From the NCBI RefSeq assembly GCF_964355755.1, contig NC_092673.1, forward strand, positions 17,171,648-17,235,647: a DNA stretch of 64,000 nt, given 5' to 3'. Positions 12,451 to 27,579 of the stretch are shown here, piece by piece. Within the stretch, counting starts at the first letter, position 1; each line of letters starts with the position of its first letter. Under the pieces are notes generated by a model. It worked only from the letters and a program-made list of their open reading frames with translations, had not been told where the DNA came from and ran no database searches. The translations under genes were made by a program, and so were the position numbers. Source of the stretch: Antedon mediterranea. Taxonomy: Eukaryota > Animalia > Echinodermata.

Positions 12451-14080
12451 GCCTATCTACTTCATTTATTACATTCTCTCCAATATACCCCGATACAATT
12501 TTGTTTAAAATCTTTCTACTGTTTTGAAAAATAATCCAAAGTTTATTAAAAACAAATATTTTCTCCTGAAGGAATTCAACCTTGCTTGTCAAATGAAACA
12601 ACAACATTATAGTACAGTAAATGAACTGAGATTAAATATTAAAAATAAAGAGGCAAAATACCCTGGAACTGGAAGTAGTTGGAATGTCTTCCAATTTTGT
12701 TTAAACTTGTATACTTTGTTAATTTATTATAAAAACAAAATGGGACAAAAACATATGCAAATGAGACAAGGTAAAAGGAAGTAAATAATTAAATCCTTGC
12801 GCCCTCTAATACTTCCCCTTACCATACTAGACATAGACACAACTTTGTTGAATCCCACTGTGCTACTAAACGGCACTTTTCTAGCCCTGTTCCATAGTTG
12901 ATCCGATTATTAAATGTTTGATGAATGAATTGTTTATAGTGTTAAATTTTTTTGTACTAAATTATATATTTTTATATGAATGAATTTTATAATGTCAATT
13001 TTGTAAATTAAACTCAATTCAGTATTTATGCTGTTATGTTTTAATGTTATTCATATTTGTTAATAAATATTAATGAATTAAAAAAAAGGGGTGGATTTTA
13101 ACATCGAGGAGATCATTATATCAAAATGTACGTGCTAGCTATTGTTAAAAATGTATTGTATATCATAGGAATAATATCCAATCCACCAATCCAGAGAATA
13201 ATAAAAGTTCTTCGATATTACACTACACAGCGATAATTGTTACGCAGACAAAAATGGTGATTGCGCCCTCTATAAAAATTAAAGTTTAATCACCCCAATA
13301 AACCACTCGCATGTTTAATATCCTTGAAGAATGTCAAACATATTAGATTAAGAAGTAAAGTTTTTGTTTGTGTCATTATTATCATACCATATCATATACG
13401 GAATTCGTTATACTATATTGTTTTAATAGCAGGTCTTTCTTCTTTTAATTTTTTGGATCTTATATTCGTATCCTAGACTACGCCTAGGCTAGGCCTCATA
13501 CTCTCTCTCTCTAGCTAGGCTCGGCCTAACTAGCCTGGCCTAGGCTAGGCCCTAGTCTATTGGTATTGCTAGGGATTCCCATTGCTAGTAGTTTAGTAGG
13601 CCTAGGCCTACTAGCTGGGGCAGGCCCTACCTCTAGCCTTGCTCTAGCTAACAAAGGCCTAGTAGTAGAGTAGTAGGCATGGCCTGGAGGGAGTCTCCAC
13701 AACTTGCTGTTTTAGTTAGGGAACGGACATCAACCCCGCAACCCCTGTCTCTGGGGCTATATACCCTTATCAATACACCAAGCCATCCATCTCGTTGGTC
13801 GAATCAGGTTTTACTTTGTATATGAATGGAGAAAAAATATATTATACGTAAGCTTTTTAACCACTGAGTGCTTCGCCTCGATCCCGTAGACGAAAGTGTA
13901 CGGTAAACAAGTAAACCACCCAATCAGAAGTGAGTTGACGTTGTTTCTATACTTGTTTGTGTCACCACATAACAAACAGGCCTTCCTGGGGTCTCACTGA
14001 TCTCACAACGTGCATTCAAACACCGTGTTGTGGTCTTTCATTTAAAAGAAACACAGTGTGGTGGTCTTTTGTTTTCATGA

Positions 14081-15308
14081 CAGTGGCGTATCCAGTAGGG
14101 GGCCGGGGGGGCCCGGGCCCCCCTGATTTTGTTTCCGTCGGCACATCATCGCGGCCGTCGGCAAACAAAGGTGCCGGGGAAAAAAATAAACTATTTATTC
14201 TGACAATAATTGAACTGTAAACATAATTCTTTTGAGTGTTTGTTTATTTACATATCATATCATCATTGATCCCTTCAGATCAACTATTTTTAATTTTCAT
14301 TACATCTAACGAAACACGTAAAAAATGTGTAGCACGTACGTACGGCCGTACGCGGTAGATTGTTTACTCAAAAGTCTTTGACCTTACCCTAAAACCTTGT
14401 TTTTGCATGCAGTTGAGCCTCTCATGACCTGGGATTTGTATGTCTTCCTACGCTAAGAGATTATATAGTTCCACATGCCATGTGCTTTTTTGTCTAAGAT
14501 ATATTTATTATAAGTGCAAAAAAACCGTTTTTTTTTCTCGATATGAGGCCTTTATTATTCAAAATTTTTAAAGAAAAAGCACATATACCATAAAAAATAT
14601 CCATGTATTTCATTTTTGGAACAGAATATTCCGTAAGGCTCAACTACAAAACCACCATTTTGTGATATGATGTCATCGTAAGCCAATCAAAGCTGAGCTT
14701 TTTCGCGATTGGCATTGCTCACGGTTGAATGATTTAGGATTCTAGCTGATTTGATTGGTGGATGCGAATCACCCGCAGCGGAATGTTTTCTCTCGCGCGT
14801 GTACCATGAATCTCTCTGATCGTACTACACAAAGTTAGAGCAATGAATTTGTCCGAATTCCGTTAAGTAAACAACTTTATATATTTTATAAGCATTTAAT
14901 GACATGTTTTATTGATATTTCCAATGGTGATATATAAAATAAATTACTAAAAAACGTAATTATATGTAATTATTTTAACCAAAAATGGCGTAGTTAATAG
15001 AATTGTCGACTGAGGCCGCAAATTGTTTTACTTCTTTCGTGGCTAAAAACGATCATTTTCGGCGATGTTTTAGACCCTATATTTCGAAAACTACAAATCA
15101 GATTTTCCTAATTCTTTCTTTATTGTAATATGAATACAACATACTAACAGATAATGTTGGTTTGGTTTTAATTTTGCATCGTTATCCCCGGATATAAGAC
15201 AATATGACTATGTAATCCTTGATCAGAGACGTCGTGTATGTACACCAATTTTGTTGGCAAATTGGCAATTCCCGGCCCCCCAACTTCAAAATCCTGGATA
15301 CGCCACTG
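14081..15308. mobile_element. hAT-type non-autonomous DNA transposon
   Basis: TIR CAGTGGCGTATCCAG...CTGGATACGCCACTG with an 8-bp TSD TTTCATGA (14073-14080, 15309-15316). The paralogous site at ~46798-46805 is empty. Confidence 0.9.
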
Positions 15309-15513
15309 TTTCATGATGCATCGAAACGACGAATAACTGTTGCATAGTTTGACGTAATGCGTAAAAAACTACTGAACTTTTCTATTTAATACTGAAATTT
15401 ATTTTAACAATTTGAGAACTTGCAATGCACATAGAATATGATCATGGACCTATCTAATTTATAGGTCCATGGTATGATAAAGAAATTGGTACACTATTTA
15501 AAAAGTGTAATAA

Positions 15514-16845
15514 TAGTCCAGTAAAAATATGGTTGAACCTAGAACAAATTGCAACAGAATTTTGTTTTGTTTTATTTGGTTGATATGGTGAACATGAACA
15601 TCATATCCAAAGTTTAGCAAAATCAGACTTCAAGAAGGAGGTCAATTAGCATAAATTCAAAATACCATTTTGAAGCCCTGTATCTCCTTAGCAGTTGGGT
15701 TTAGACAGCCTATGTGCATTACGAGTAGATATATGTAAAAACCATTGAAATTTATCATTAAGTTTCCATTTACAAAATCTTATGAAAATAGATATTCTAC
15801 AGAACCGTATGAAAGGTGATCATCAACTGTATTTCCGAAACTGATTTGTACTCAAGCGCACATCTTGTTTTGTGTTTTCTTTTAGAACTTTATCTCTTTA
15901 AATTGGTAAAGGAATAAAAAAATATTGTAATGAGGCGATTGTCTGTGGGTCAGGCTATTCAAACCCATCATTCCCACAAACTCATCTCAATTGAAATGAA
16001 AATGATAAATGTCATACTGTAGTTTTCTGTATAGTTAGCATCTCCATTCTGCTCTTTCAAAGTTGCTATTTCATTGCATCTGTTTGGTGTCGATCATTTA
16101 TGAGACAACAACTTTTTATGATGTTTTATATAATGTTTATCTTTTGAATGCTGTTTCCAAGATTCAATGAGCATATAACACTAGGATGAAGAACCATCAG
16201 TTAAAAGATACACATCAACGGAATCCAAAAAGGGGTTGTTAAGGTAATAAAGTAATTTTCAAACTTGCCACTACTAATTACAGTATTTAATTTTTCGACA
16301 AGACAGTATTCAACTTCCTTGACAAAAAATGTCAGAAAAATGGAATAGAAACTTTGAATGCAGATGGGGATCTATTAATATCTTACTTTGCCATAATTAA
16401 AAAAAGCGAATTGCGTTTTAAGACAGAAGAAGCAAAAAATAGTGGAATAATTGGTACTTAATTAAAGAAAACATTTTAAGGAGCAAATTTGCAACATCTT
16501 TGTAATGCTCTGCACTTGAAAAGAAACAGGGGGATGCATTCTATTCTAAGCAAGAACTGTTTGGTCCAAAATTTAAAAAGACATCAGAAAAGCCAATGAA
16601 GTAGACTTGCTGTGCCTACATGTATGGTGGAAGTATTTTGACGGCACCAACATTAGAGATATGAGGCTTCAAAATAGCAATTGGCGGCCATTTTGAATTT
16701 ATGCTAATTAACCCACTTCCCGATGTCCGATTTTGGTAAACTTTGGATATGATATTCATTTGAACCATATTTACCAGACAAAAAAAAAATTCTGTTGCAA
16801 TTTGTTCTAGGTTCACCCTATTTTTGACTTATCTTTACTGGACTA
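15514..16845. mobile_element. Academ-like non-autonomous DNA transposon, second family
   Basis: TIR TAGTCCAGTAAA...TTTACTGGACTA with inverted arms (gaacctagaacaaattgcaacagaattt) and a 3-bp TSD TAA. The paralog shows the empty site gtgtaataagggatc at ~46998-47012. Confidence 0.8.
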
Positions 16846-16851
16846 TAAGGG

Positions 16852-18408
16852 ATCATCTCACAGTGTGTTGATTGACTTCGTACTGTAGACCATTCACTGT
16901 GGCTGCTGTGTACAATCTCACAGTGTGTTGATTGACTTGGTACTGTAGACCATGCACTGTGGCTGCTGTGTACAATCTCACAGTGTGTTGATTGACTTGG
17001 TACTGTACACCATGCACTGTGGCTGCTGTGTACAATCTCACAGTGTGTTGATTGACTTGGTACTGTACACCATGCACTGTGGCTGCCGTGCACAATCTCA
17101 CAGTGTGTTGATTGACTTGGTACTGTACACCATGCACTGTGGCTGCCGTGCACAATCTCACAGTGTGTTGATTGACTTGGTACTGTAGACCATGCACTGT
17201 GGCTGCTGTGTACAATCTCACAGTGTGTTGATTGACTTGGTACTGTACACCATGCACTGTGGCTGCTGTGTACAATCTCACAATGTGTTGATTGACTTGG
17301 TACTGTAGACCATGCACTGTGGCTGCTGTGTACAATCTCACAGTGTGTTGATTGACTTGGTACTGTACACCATGCACTGTGGCTGCTGTGTACAATCTCA
17401 CAGTGTGTTGATTGACTTGGTACTGTACACCATGCACTGTGGCTGCCGTGCACAATCTCACAGTGTGTTGATTGACTTGGTACTGTAGACCATGCACTGT
17501 GGCTGCTGTGTACAATCTCACAATGTGTTGATTGACTTGGTACTGTACACCATGCACTGTGGCTGCTGTGTACAATCTCACAGTGTGTTGATTGACTTGG
17601 TACTGTACACCATGCACTGTGGCTGCTGTGTACAATCTCACAATGTGTTGATTGACTTGGTACTGTACACCATGCACTGTGGCTGCTGTGTACAATCTCA
17701 CAGTGTGTTGATTGACTTGGTACTGTACACCATGCACTGTGGCTGCTGTGTACAATCTCACAGTGTGTTGATTGACTTGGTACTGTAGACCATGCACTGT
17801 GGCTGCCGTGTACAATCTCACAGTGTGTTGATTGACTTGGTACTGTACACCATGCACTGTGGCTGCTGTGTACAATCTCACAGTGTGTTGATTGACTTGG
17901 TACTGTACACCATGCACTGTGGCTGCTGTGTACAATCTCACAGTGTGTTGATTGACTTGGTACTGTACACCATGCACTGTGGCTGCTGTGTACAATCTCA
18001 CAGTGTGTTGATTGACTTGGTAACTGTACACCATGCACTGTTGCTGCTGTGTACAATCTCACAGTGTGTTGATTGACTTGGTACTGTACACCATGCACTG
18101 TGGCTGCCGTGTACAATCTCACAGTGTGTTGATTGACTTGGTACTGTAGACCATGCACTGTGGCTGCTGTGTACAATCTCACAGTGTGTTGATTGACTTG
18201 GTACTGTACACCATGCACTGTGGCTGCTGTGTACAATCTCACAGTGTGTTGATTGACTTGGTAATGTACACCATGCACTGTGGCTGCTGTGTACAATCTC
18301 ACAGTGTGTTGATTGACTTGGTACTGTACACCATGCACTGTGGCTGCTGTGTACAATCTCACAGTGTGTTGATTGACTTGGTACTGTAAACCATGCACTG
18401 TGGCTGCT
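16852..18408. repeat. 60-bp minisatellite, ~26 copies
   Basis: Unit atctcacagtgtgttgattgacttggtactgtacaccatgcactgtggctgctgtgtaca. One 61-bp unit occurs near 18021. Confidence 0.97.
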
Positions 18409-21106
18409 GAGTACAAGACATGCCAATCTGAATTTCCTCAACTCAGAGGATGAATGCCACTATACATTTATGATACAGTATTTGTCACAATTGTGTGCAT
18501 TACTGTTATTACATTATCAGATTTGTGATTTGTGATAGTATGTGTACTGACGAATTCGATCCAACTCGGCCCTAAACCGTCTCGGCCAAAGTCATGTCGG
18601 CCCCACGTCAACTCGGCCCCACGTCAACTCGGCCTCAAGTCAACTCGGCCTCAAGTCAACTCGTCCTCAATTCAACTCGGCCTCACGTCAACTCGGCCAA
18701 AAACTAATCCGTCAACTCGGCCTCCAGAAACTATGGAACGCAAAAAGTGTTAATATAGTAGTTAATATTATAATGGCAAGATAAACATCACAGACGGTTG
18801 GACTAGGGCCTACATAATAGACGAAATAAAACGGAAAATTCAATATAAATTATAACACACTGGGCCTGATCGTTTTTTGTTTAATCGATAGGTAGTATTT
18901 ATTTATATTGTTTGAAATAAATAAATATTTCTTCACATTTTGTATACAGGAATAACTGTCGAAGAAGACATTTCAATAAATAATATTTAAACAATATACT
19001 TCGGTCTACAACTGTATATACATCAATATAAAAAGAATAAAATGACATTAAAATCATAACAAATCAAAAGGCAAGAAAACAAATAGCATAAGCATTATGG
19101 GTAGGCTATAGGTTACATGCACACACACCCAGACATGAATGTGCATTTTTTTCAAATAGGCCTTACGGTTTTTTTTGTATGACATTTTTATGTTCATTTC
19201 GTTTCTATTTCATAATTATTCATAATTAATACAGTACACCATGGGAAGAGAGAAATTTGCTTCCATAACAGTCCATAGGGATGTGATTATGATTTTATTG
19301 TATTAAATTATGGATTCATGGAATTTGTCATGGTGTGTGTTGTTACTATCATCGGGAATCTTGTGTCCCGTTTTGTAATATTATCTTTAATTAAACTATC
19401 ACTATCATCCGATGATCATCCAGAAACGGCTGCCATTTTAACGTCACGTCACAAAACGGAACAGGTGTAAATGTTTAAAACGGAACGGTGAGCGGGCGCG
19501 CGTCACGTTGAAAAAAACGGCGCCGTCTTCCGTTCCGCGAAACGGAACAGGTACGGGCGGTGGGAATGCCCCTTTAGGTGATCAATTTTATTGAACAATA
19601 CAGGGCGCAGTGGGTGTTAAAAAACAGATGAGAATGCTAAGACAATATTATGTTGTTTAGGAATTCCGTTGTTTAGGACTCAAACAATATGTTTTAGTTT
19701 TTGCTTGACGAAATAAAAATCGCCATTTTTTTTCATGATGATTTCTTCAGTAGTGTGTTTTAGATTAATTTCCCATACATAAATATATTCATTGGATTCT
19801 CCATTATTTATTTATTTATTTATTTACCAGATTTCTATAGCGCCCTTCATGAAAACTCATGCTCAAAGGCGCTTCACATCATAAAGACAAATATCATAAG
19901 CAATACTGTAATTACAAAAATAACCTCAAATTATACGAAATAAGATTTCTTAAACTAAGTTATAAATATTCTTACTGTACATTAATTAAAATCGCATAAA
20001 ATAGAAAAATAAAATGAACGATATACAAAATACAATTTATTTACATATTAATTATAATCAAATCACAAAAGTAATAAAAACAATTTGAATAGCGCACAAT
20101 TGCAATAGAACTTTAACATGACAGAACATTCCGAATTTGTTTCCATAATCTCTTCGTTAGTTTGATTGACATCGTCAATAAATGTGTGAAAGATCTTGTT
20201 ACTGTAATATACCATTTTAATGTCACATATAGTTATTCACTTTGACCGTAACATATTGCTAATAATTTGAGAGAGAATATATACACAAAAAAAACATTTT
20301 TATTTTACTGTATTAATCTAATAATATCTATATAATATATAGGCCTTCTAAGAATATTTCGATTATTTCTGGGAACATCCTTGTATTAAAAAAATAGATC
20401 TAACAAACACATACTGAGGTTCTTACTGAGACTAACCCACCAACAATATAAATAAATACAGTCAACTCTCCCAATACCGGACACCCTTGGGCGGGCATAT
20501 ATTTTCCGGTTTTTCGAAAGTCCGGTTTCCTGAAAACATATTTTTAAAGTCATCACATTGTCACTGAAAATGCTTTGAATCACCGGTCCGAATGCTGCCC
20601 GGTACGGTCTAGCGTAGGGAAGGCCTAGGCTATGATTGTGTCAAGCTAGTTTAAATAAATACTGATAGGCCTAGGCCTACTTTATTAATATTAAGCTGAT
20701 TCAATTTACCTTTTTTAAAAGTTACATTATTTACTGTACCTATAAAACATGTTACAGTAGTAAATTATTGTTTCTCAATGTGTTTTTAGCGGCAAAAAGG
20801 CCTAGGCTAGGCCTACGTACGTACAGTGAACATAATTTTGGTCGTTTATTGTTTATCTCGAGCTAGCAGCAGCAGCATGGGTGATAAAAATAGCAGAGCG
20901 GGGCTTTGATTGATGCGCATATGCAGAGGTGTCATAATCAAATAAAAACACCCACACTTAGACCACATGTTTTTTAAGCTCCTTTATTTTGACGTAATTT
21001 GATAGCAATAAACGAGCCAAGCAATAATGACACAATAATTAATTGGTAACATTTCAAAGTTTATTAACACTAGTTAAGTCAAGTTCATTCTGTTTACGTT
21101 TTGCCA

Positions 21107-21867
21107 TAATGATTTCCAAATTTATAATGATGCACATTTTTAGTGAAACATTCCTTTTTAAATACTCTACCTTTGAATGATAGAACTGCAAATTGGAATA
21201 TTGATAATAATAAAAAATGTAAATTGTTCGGTACAAATTCGGACGAAGACATCCATCATTTCATCCTTAATTGTCCAGCTTTAATAATATACGTAATCAG
21301 GAATTATTTAATTTATATGTGGATATGTATAGAAATGGCAGCAAAGATATGTTTGATACTTTTTATACTTCTCATGAAAATGACAAACTTAAATATATTT
21401 TGGGATACTCAGATAATTTAATTGATGAAGAGTGTGAAAATATTTTGGATAGTTTTTGTAAAAGATACCTAAAACAAGCATGGAAATTTCCAAATGATTC
21501 ACTGAATTCCATGACTCAACAATAACTATGTTATCTACATTGCTACATTAAAAGTAAATTGAAAAAAAAAAAAAAGACGAGGGGGGGGGGGGTGGGAGTT
21601 TTTCGTAATAAGCTGTGTTTATCAGTTGATTTTATTTTATTTTATACACTTTTACTATATCTTGTTTTGTATTCATTGTGTAAAGTAATGATCTACTGTA
21701 TGTATCGATGTAAATTGGGGGGGGGGGGGGGGGGGGTAGGATAGGGGTTGATAGTTGCTTTTCCCTTTTTTTTACTTTTCTGTTAATTTTTATATTTTAT
21801 ATTGTGAAGGATGCACCTTTGTGCTAAGTGTGCCACCGATCTAAAGGTGTAATTCCAAATAAATAAA
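21107..21867 (+). mobile_element. 5'-truncated LINE 3' end (C-terminal zinc-finger region + 3' UTR)
   Basis: CKLFGTNSDEDIHHFILNCPAL is a degenerate CCHC motif typical of LINE ORF2 ends. The tail tgtgccaccgat.aaaggtgt..ttcc.aataaa is also seen at ~2625-2697. Confidence 0.6.
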
Positions 21868-23295
21868 CTAGAATTTAATTCGTCACTTTGACGAATTATA
21901 GGTGATCATTTTTATCATTTTAATAAAATTAACATTTTTTAAACATGCATGTACGTTAACATACGATCGTTCAAAGTTGATGTACGCCATCCTATGACAT
22001 AATGCATATACACTTATAGTGCTGAGTTCTACCTATTATGTGTCATACAATATGTACAGTATATACTGTATATCTATATACAGTGTAGCATAGGTGAAAT
22101 TACGGGACTCATATCGTGTTCTAATTTTTTGGTATGATGGAATTTTCAAAATAAACTCGAAGATGACAATTTCGAAAGATAATGAATTGAGCAAATAAAT
22201 ATAAGGATTGGAAGAAAATTTGACACGTAGAAGCGCAATGCGCGGTCTTTGAAATTTGTATAACTTTGACTAAAGAAATTTAAAAACTACTTTTTAACTT
22301 CAACTGGCCATATGATAACATCACAACATCCGATAGGCTTAATTTTAATATGAATTCATATCTACATTTCATAAGCTTTCATAATAAATTATAATCTTCA
22401 AGGTCACCTTTAATTCTGAAGAGCTATAAGAAATTCAAATGTATGGTGTAGCTGAAATTACACGACCTAGGTTATTCAAGTTTTTACGCGTGATGACGTC
22501 ATCAAAATAAAAATGTTGACAACTCATTAGAAGAATAATTAATTGAGCAAGCACATACTAAAAGTTGTGCGAAAATCGGGCTCAAATAACGGAGATGCGC
22601 TCTATTGAATGTGATAACCCACACAAAAAGATAAAAATTCCTAATTTTTAAATTCAAGTGGCCATTTGATGACGTCATACCATTTTGTACGTCTAATGTG
22701 TATATACATTTGTATCTACAACTTATTGGCTTCCATAATAAGTTAAAAAAATTGGGGGTCATCTGCCATTCTGAAGAGTTATATTCATTTTAAAAAGTCC
22801 TTATTTTTTACCATTTTTAGCACTTTTGTACAATTAGTGAGCGCATTTTGTCATTTTTAACGTGCTCGTATAGCGTTATTTTAAGTCCGAATGGACTCAA
22901 AATTGGTGAATTTACTAAGGATTGTGAGTAGAATGTGGTTTATACATCAAATTTTATTTTTTACGCATTTTAAGAATCGTGCGCACAAAAACGCATTTTT
23001 GCGCAGTAATTTTTTGAAACGCGCAAATGGCCTAATTCATGCTCTAAATTGATCAAAACCTAATTTTGCGCGTTTTTAATTTTTAACGCGCGATTTCACG
23101 TGCATGACCTTGAAACGCGCAACTTTTTATTTGCTAATATTTTTACCCTTGACCTGAAGTTTACCTGTAGTGAATTTCATTAATATGTCATAATGAATTA
23201 TGGAGATATGATTGATAATGTGATTTCAAAAAATGGCGTATAAATGACGTCACGGATGAGTGATCACGCTGGAAAGCTCATTAGGATTAAGTTAT

Positions 23296-26200
23296 TAGTG
23301 TAGGCCACTATGTAATTTCGTGTCATTTTTTTGTTAAAAGCAAAATTCCAGCTGATTTAGTGTCTTTAGTATGTAAAGTAATGAAAAAAATATGTTGCCA
23401 TTTTTTTTAAAAAGCTTAAGGGTGTCAAATCCAAGATGGCCGCCAATACGTAAAATATCCAATAAATGTACCATATTGGACAAAGTAACACCCATTATGA
23501 ATAATATTTTAAGTTCATATGGGTTCTCTGCTACATAAGAATTATTATAAACCTATATTCATTTGTATTCTGACATTTTGAATTTCAAAATGGCCGCCAT
23601 TTTTTAAAAATTGATTAAATTTCTTATTAAAATATGTGCAAGTTATGACGTTGATTGAAATCACATAAAATGATAGGCCTATGACAACAACATGGTGATT
23701 AACACAAAATGTTGACCATCAGGAGGTCTACAGTACTGACAGTACACTTCTTCATATTAAAACATCTCATAAACTTCTTCAGTTAAATGACAACTAACTC
23801 TGCCAAAGTCCTTCAATGAAATATTTCTAATCTTGAATGCGATACAGTAAGTTGACCTTCCTTCGTTCTCTACTACTGTATCCATCGAACTTCCACAGAC
23901 TGATCTGCGTTCCCAACAACCTTGTTCAGAAACATATTGGCAAAATAACTGAAATACCTCATTTCACAGGCAAATAATCTCTATAGGAGTCTTCTTTTAC
24001 TTTGATAAGTTTGTCACCTGTATTCACCGTCATATATATTTTTTTGCCAATATTCGTCTTTTTCTTAGGATTCCATATAGACAGTTTTCCTTCTACAAGA
24101 CTTTTACCAATGCCTCAAACATTTTCTGTCCAATTTCATCATGCCATGGCCAACAAACACCTTTGTGCGAATTGCAGCATTCTTCATTAATCGGGATATC
24201 ATCTCTCTTCAAATGTTAACTAGATTTTGCCAGCTCTGATGAAATCATTAATTTGTGTTATTCCAATGATACCACGCTCAATGACCCTGATCAATTGATG
24301 TAAATCCAGCACGTCCCACACATACATGTCCTCTGATATACATATATAGGGATATAGTTTAACCACATCATTTAGATTTCGTCGACTCTCTGTATTCAAG
24401 TTAATATCTTTATGATCAGCCTCTTTCAAACAAAATGCTACTTCACTTTCTCTGTACTGTCTGCATTTGTAGAAGCAAGTTGTAGAGAGAAAGCAGAATT
24501 TGTGTGCTTTTGTCCTTTAGATATGTTTTCCATTTAAGATATTTGTGTCACTGGTTGTATAGGTAATACAAGTTCACAAAAGCACTTGCCTCAAAACTAT
24601 TTTCACAATGCTACATGTCCAAAAGCCATGTAGTTCACCGGGTCGACATAATAATTGCTTTTTGATGTCATCTCTGTCCACCTCCACTCATCTCGGGCAA
24701 GAGTCATCACCAGGCATTCTTGTCTTTCCCTAGTACATGAGTTTTTATACCACAACCATGTGCACTCATCAAACCAGTGTATAATGCTGGTCTGTCTGTA
24801 GGGGGTACATATCTAATGAAATTGGTTGAGATTTTAGAAGATGAGAAGTAGGAGTTCATTCATTTACAAGGTTATTTATAGGCAGAGCTGTATCTGTATT
24901 TCCTTCAAGCTTCTGCCAAAAGTTGACAGGTTGAAAACTTACCAACCATACTGGTGACTATGGCCCTGAAGGTTCAGACATTGAATTACATAGCATTAAC
25001 GCATTTATTATTTACCATATTTATACAGGATTTCACAATAAGGTATAAATGCACTTGTTTTATATTGTGGTCCTGTCTCCGATCAAGTTTCAGTTTCATG
25101 AAAAGAAATGAGATCTGTAATTTAGAATCTATATATAAATTATGGTTAATTCTGACATAGCCGAGCACAATGGAAAAACTTTGGAACAAATTTCTGCCTT
25201 GGATACCTACCTGAACTATCTCAGGTGTACCGCAAAATGTAAAACAGTTTTCACTATTACGATATTGTTCCATATTTCTATCTTAGGAATATATTATAAA
25301 GAGTTTTAAAACAAAATTTCTGATTCATCGGTAGATTTCAACTCAATTTCAATTGTACGCGGTCAAAGTAATTTCCGGGTTCACGATGAGTTCACATGTT
25401 CACCTTGCAACTACCTGGTTTCAGTTAAGTTGGTCGTTAGTGGCTATAGCTATTTTAGTTTTTTGTTTATTTTCGGATCGGACCGCGCGTGTGAAGGCAC
25501 AGTGTAGTTAAAAAATAAAATCCCGATAGCCGAGTTTTATTGAGTAAGCTGGCAGGAATAACTGTAGGCTATTAGGGCCCATATTGCAAGCCGTCTAAAA
25601 CATCTTCCTTCTTTGGCCGAAACGGCCTACACTGTCGCGGAAGTTAGTTTCAAAAGATGTTTAAATTAAATAATGTATTATGATGGTATTTATTTGAATA
25701 AACGCCTCCCCAATAAAACATCACTTTTAATAATAATCGCCTACACCCACCCACCCCCCCCCCCCCTACCCAACTATCTAATAAACGCCCATCCACATTA
25801 ATTATACACACAATATTGTATATACTATTTATAATAGAATTCATTACACTGTTAACTATAATTTACCAAGCATTTGTAATAATTTTTTACCACTTTTCAT
25901 ATCTATTAGAGGATTTTATTTGATTATAAGGTTACGATATTATTAAAACTAAAAAATCCCTCGAATAAGCATCTCCCTCAAATGAACTCTGCCTCCCCAC
26001 CTCCGCCCTATAAAAACAATAAACACTATACTTTAAAATGTTATTAATCATCTAAGACACTGTGAAACAGAGTAGGTTTAGTTTTTCGAATGTCAAGTAT
26101 TTTCAATAATGGTAACCGACAGAAAACGTACAAGGAGAACGTCCTTGTAAAACCTTTTTACCCGAGTCATTATCATTCCGAGAACCTTCGTTTACACTTC

Positions 26201-26817
26201 CTAGAGGAGAGCGAGCAAACTAGAGGTCTAACCCTCTAGTTAGACGTAATTGTTGTTGAATATTTGATAAAAATTGTTAAGTTGTTCCATACTTTTGCAA
26301 CTCCAACGTTGAACGATTATTTAATTTAATAGTCATAGTGGGGTATTATATATCTGTTATATAGAGGACATTGACAACTTTAGCCTTATATTTACAATTT
26401 ACAATCCTGTGAGAAGTGACAATTTTAGAATATTGTGTACAAACAACAATTTATGCACATATATTTAAAAAAAAATTATTTAAAGAATTTAATTTTTAGT
26501 GGCGGCCATTTTGAAATCCAAGATGGCCGACAGATTATCGCTTTACATAGTTAGGATTGTATAATGGGTACAGTAATACCATCAAAACGGACTTGTTCCA
26601 CATTCATAATTTATATTATTGGTGATATTCTGATTTTTAATAGGGTTATTTGAATGTTGGCGGCCATCTTGAATTTGGTCCTTTAAATGTCTTTTGAAAA
26701 AATGGCAACATATTTTTTTTCATTCCTAATATTATCAAGATATGAAAAAAAGTCAAAGTTTGCTTTTAACAAAAAATATACACGACATTCATATAAACGA
26801 CATACCAGCCTACACTA
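23296..26817. mobile_element. Academ-like DNA transposon, copy 2 of 7618-11241
   Basis: Same TIRs but a different 3-bp TSD (TAT), so this is an independent insertion and not part of the segmental duplication. Confidence 0.8.
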
Positions 26818-26905
26818 TATATTATTTGAAAGATATTCTGAAATTTTGGTAATCATTGACATTAAACTTTTTGAGATAATTGTTACACAAAATAGTGTAC
26901 AGAAA

Positions 26906-27352
26906 TGTCACGAACTCCTCTTACGTATGTTTCCGAGCGGTTGAAAATACTTTAGGAACTCCCTTGTGACATAAAAGTATACACACAAAATCCACAAAGT
27001 TGTAAAATAACTCAAAAACAAAGCTTTAATTTCAATCAACTTCAACTTTTAACAATCCAGTAAGCACTTTAAACAACAGCTTCACAATGACTTTACAATA
27101 TAACATCAAACCTCTAATCCAACAACCTTACAATAGTTTACATCCCTTTATATACAAGATGCTCCTATCCTTCTAGATCATTCTTTATACTTCTCATTAT
27201 TACATGATTACAGTTTCTATTAATAGCACTTCTGGAATGTTCTTGATTGTTCTTATAATTATACATGGTTTCTTAAATCAAAACATCTTATTCTAGAATG
27301 TTCATGTAAATACTATGTTACTCTATATGTTAGGGAATGGTAATTTATTACA
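26906..27352 (-). repeat. 3' LTR of the Gmr1-like element
   Basis: Direct repeat of 32431-32877, adjacent to the polypurine tract. Confidence 0.95.
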
Positions 27353-27579
27353 CTCCCCCCTCTTTCTGAGCTCAAAACTCTTCTTGGAGTTTTGAGGGGC
27401 AAGTATACACGGACGTGGCAAAATATAACATTTTCGACCTAGAAACCCTGTTTAATATATGAATATAAATTCAAACTACATTACGTGAAAACCAAATTCT
27501 CATTACAAACAAAATATAAGAAACAAGTAACTTATAAACATTAAAACCTATTTTGTCTATTTGTAAAGTAACCCTTGCT

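Noticed and set aside
16818-18441. Long ORFs (532, 393, 147 aa and others) in the 60-bp array, also at 47011-47584
   Set aside because: The unit length is a multiple of 3 and several frames on both strands are open. A 1-nt insertion near 18021 shifts frame and copy number differs 26 vs 8. These are minisatellite artefacts.
18532-18753. ORFs at 18532-18753 and 33690-33965 that look like an inverted gene pair
   Set aside because: They are translations of the foldback TIR subrepeats.
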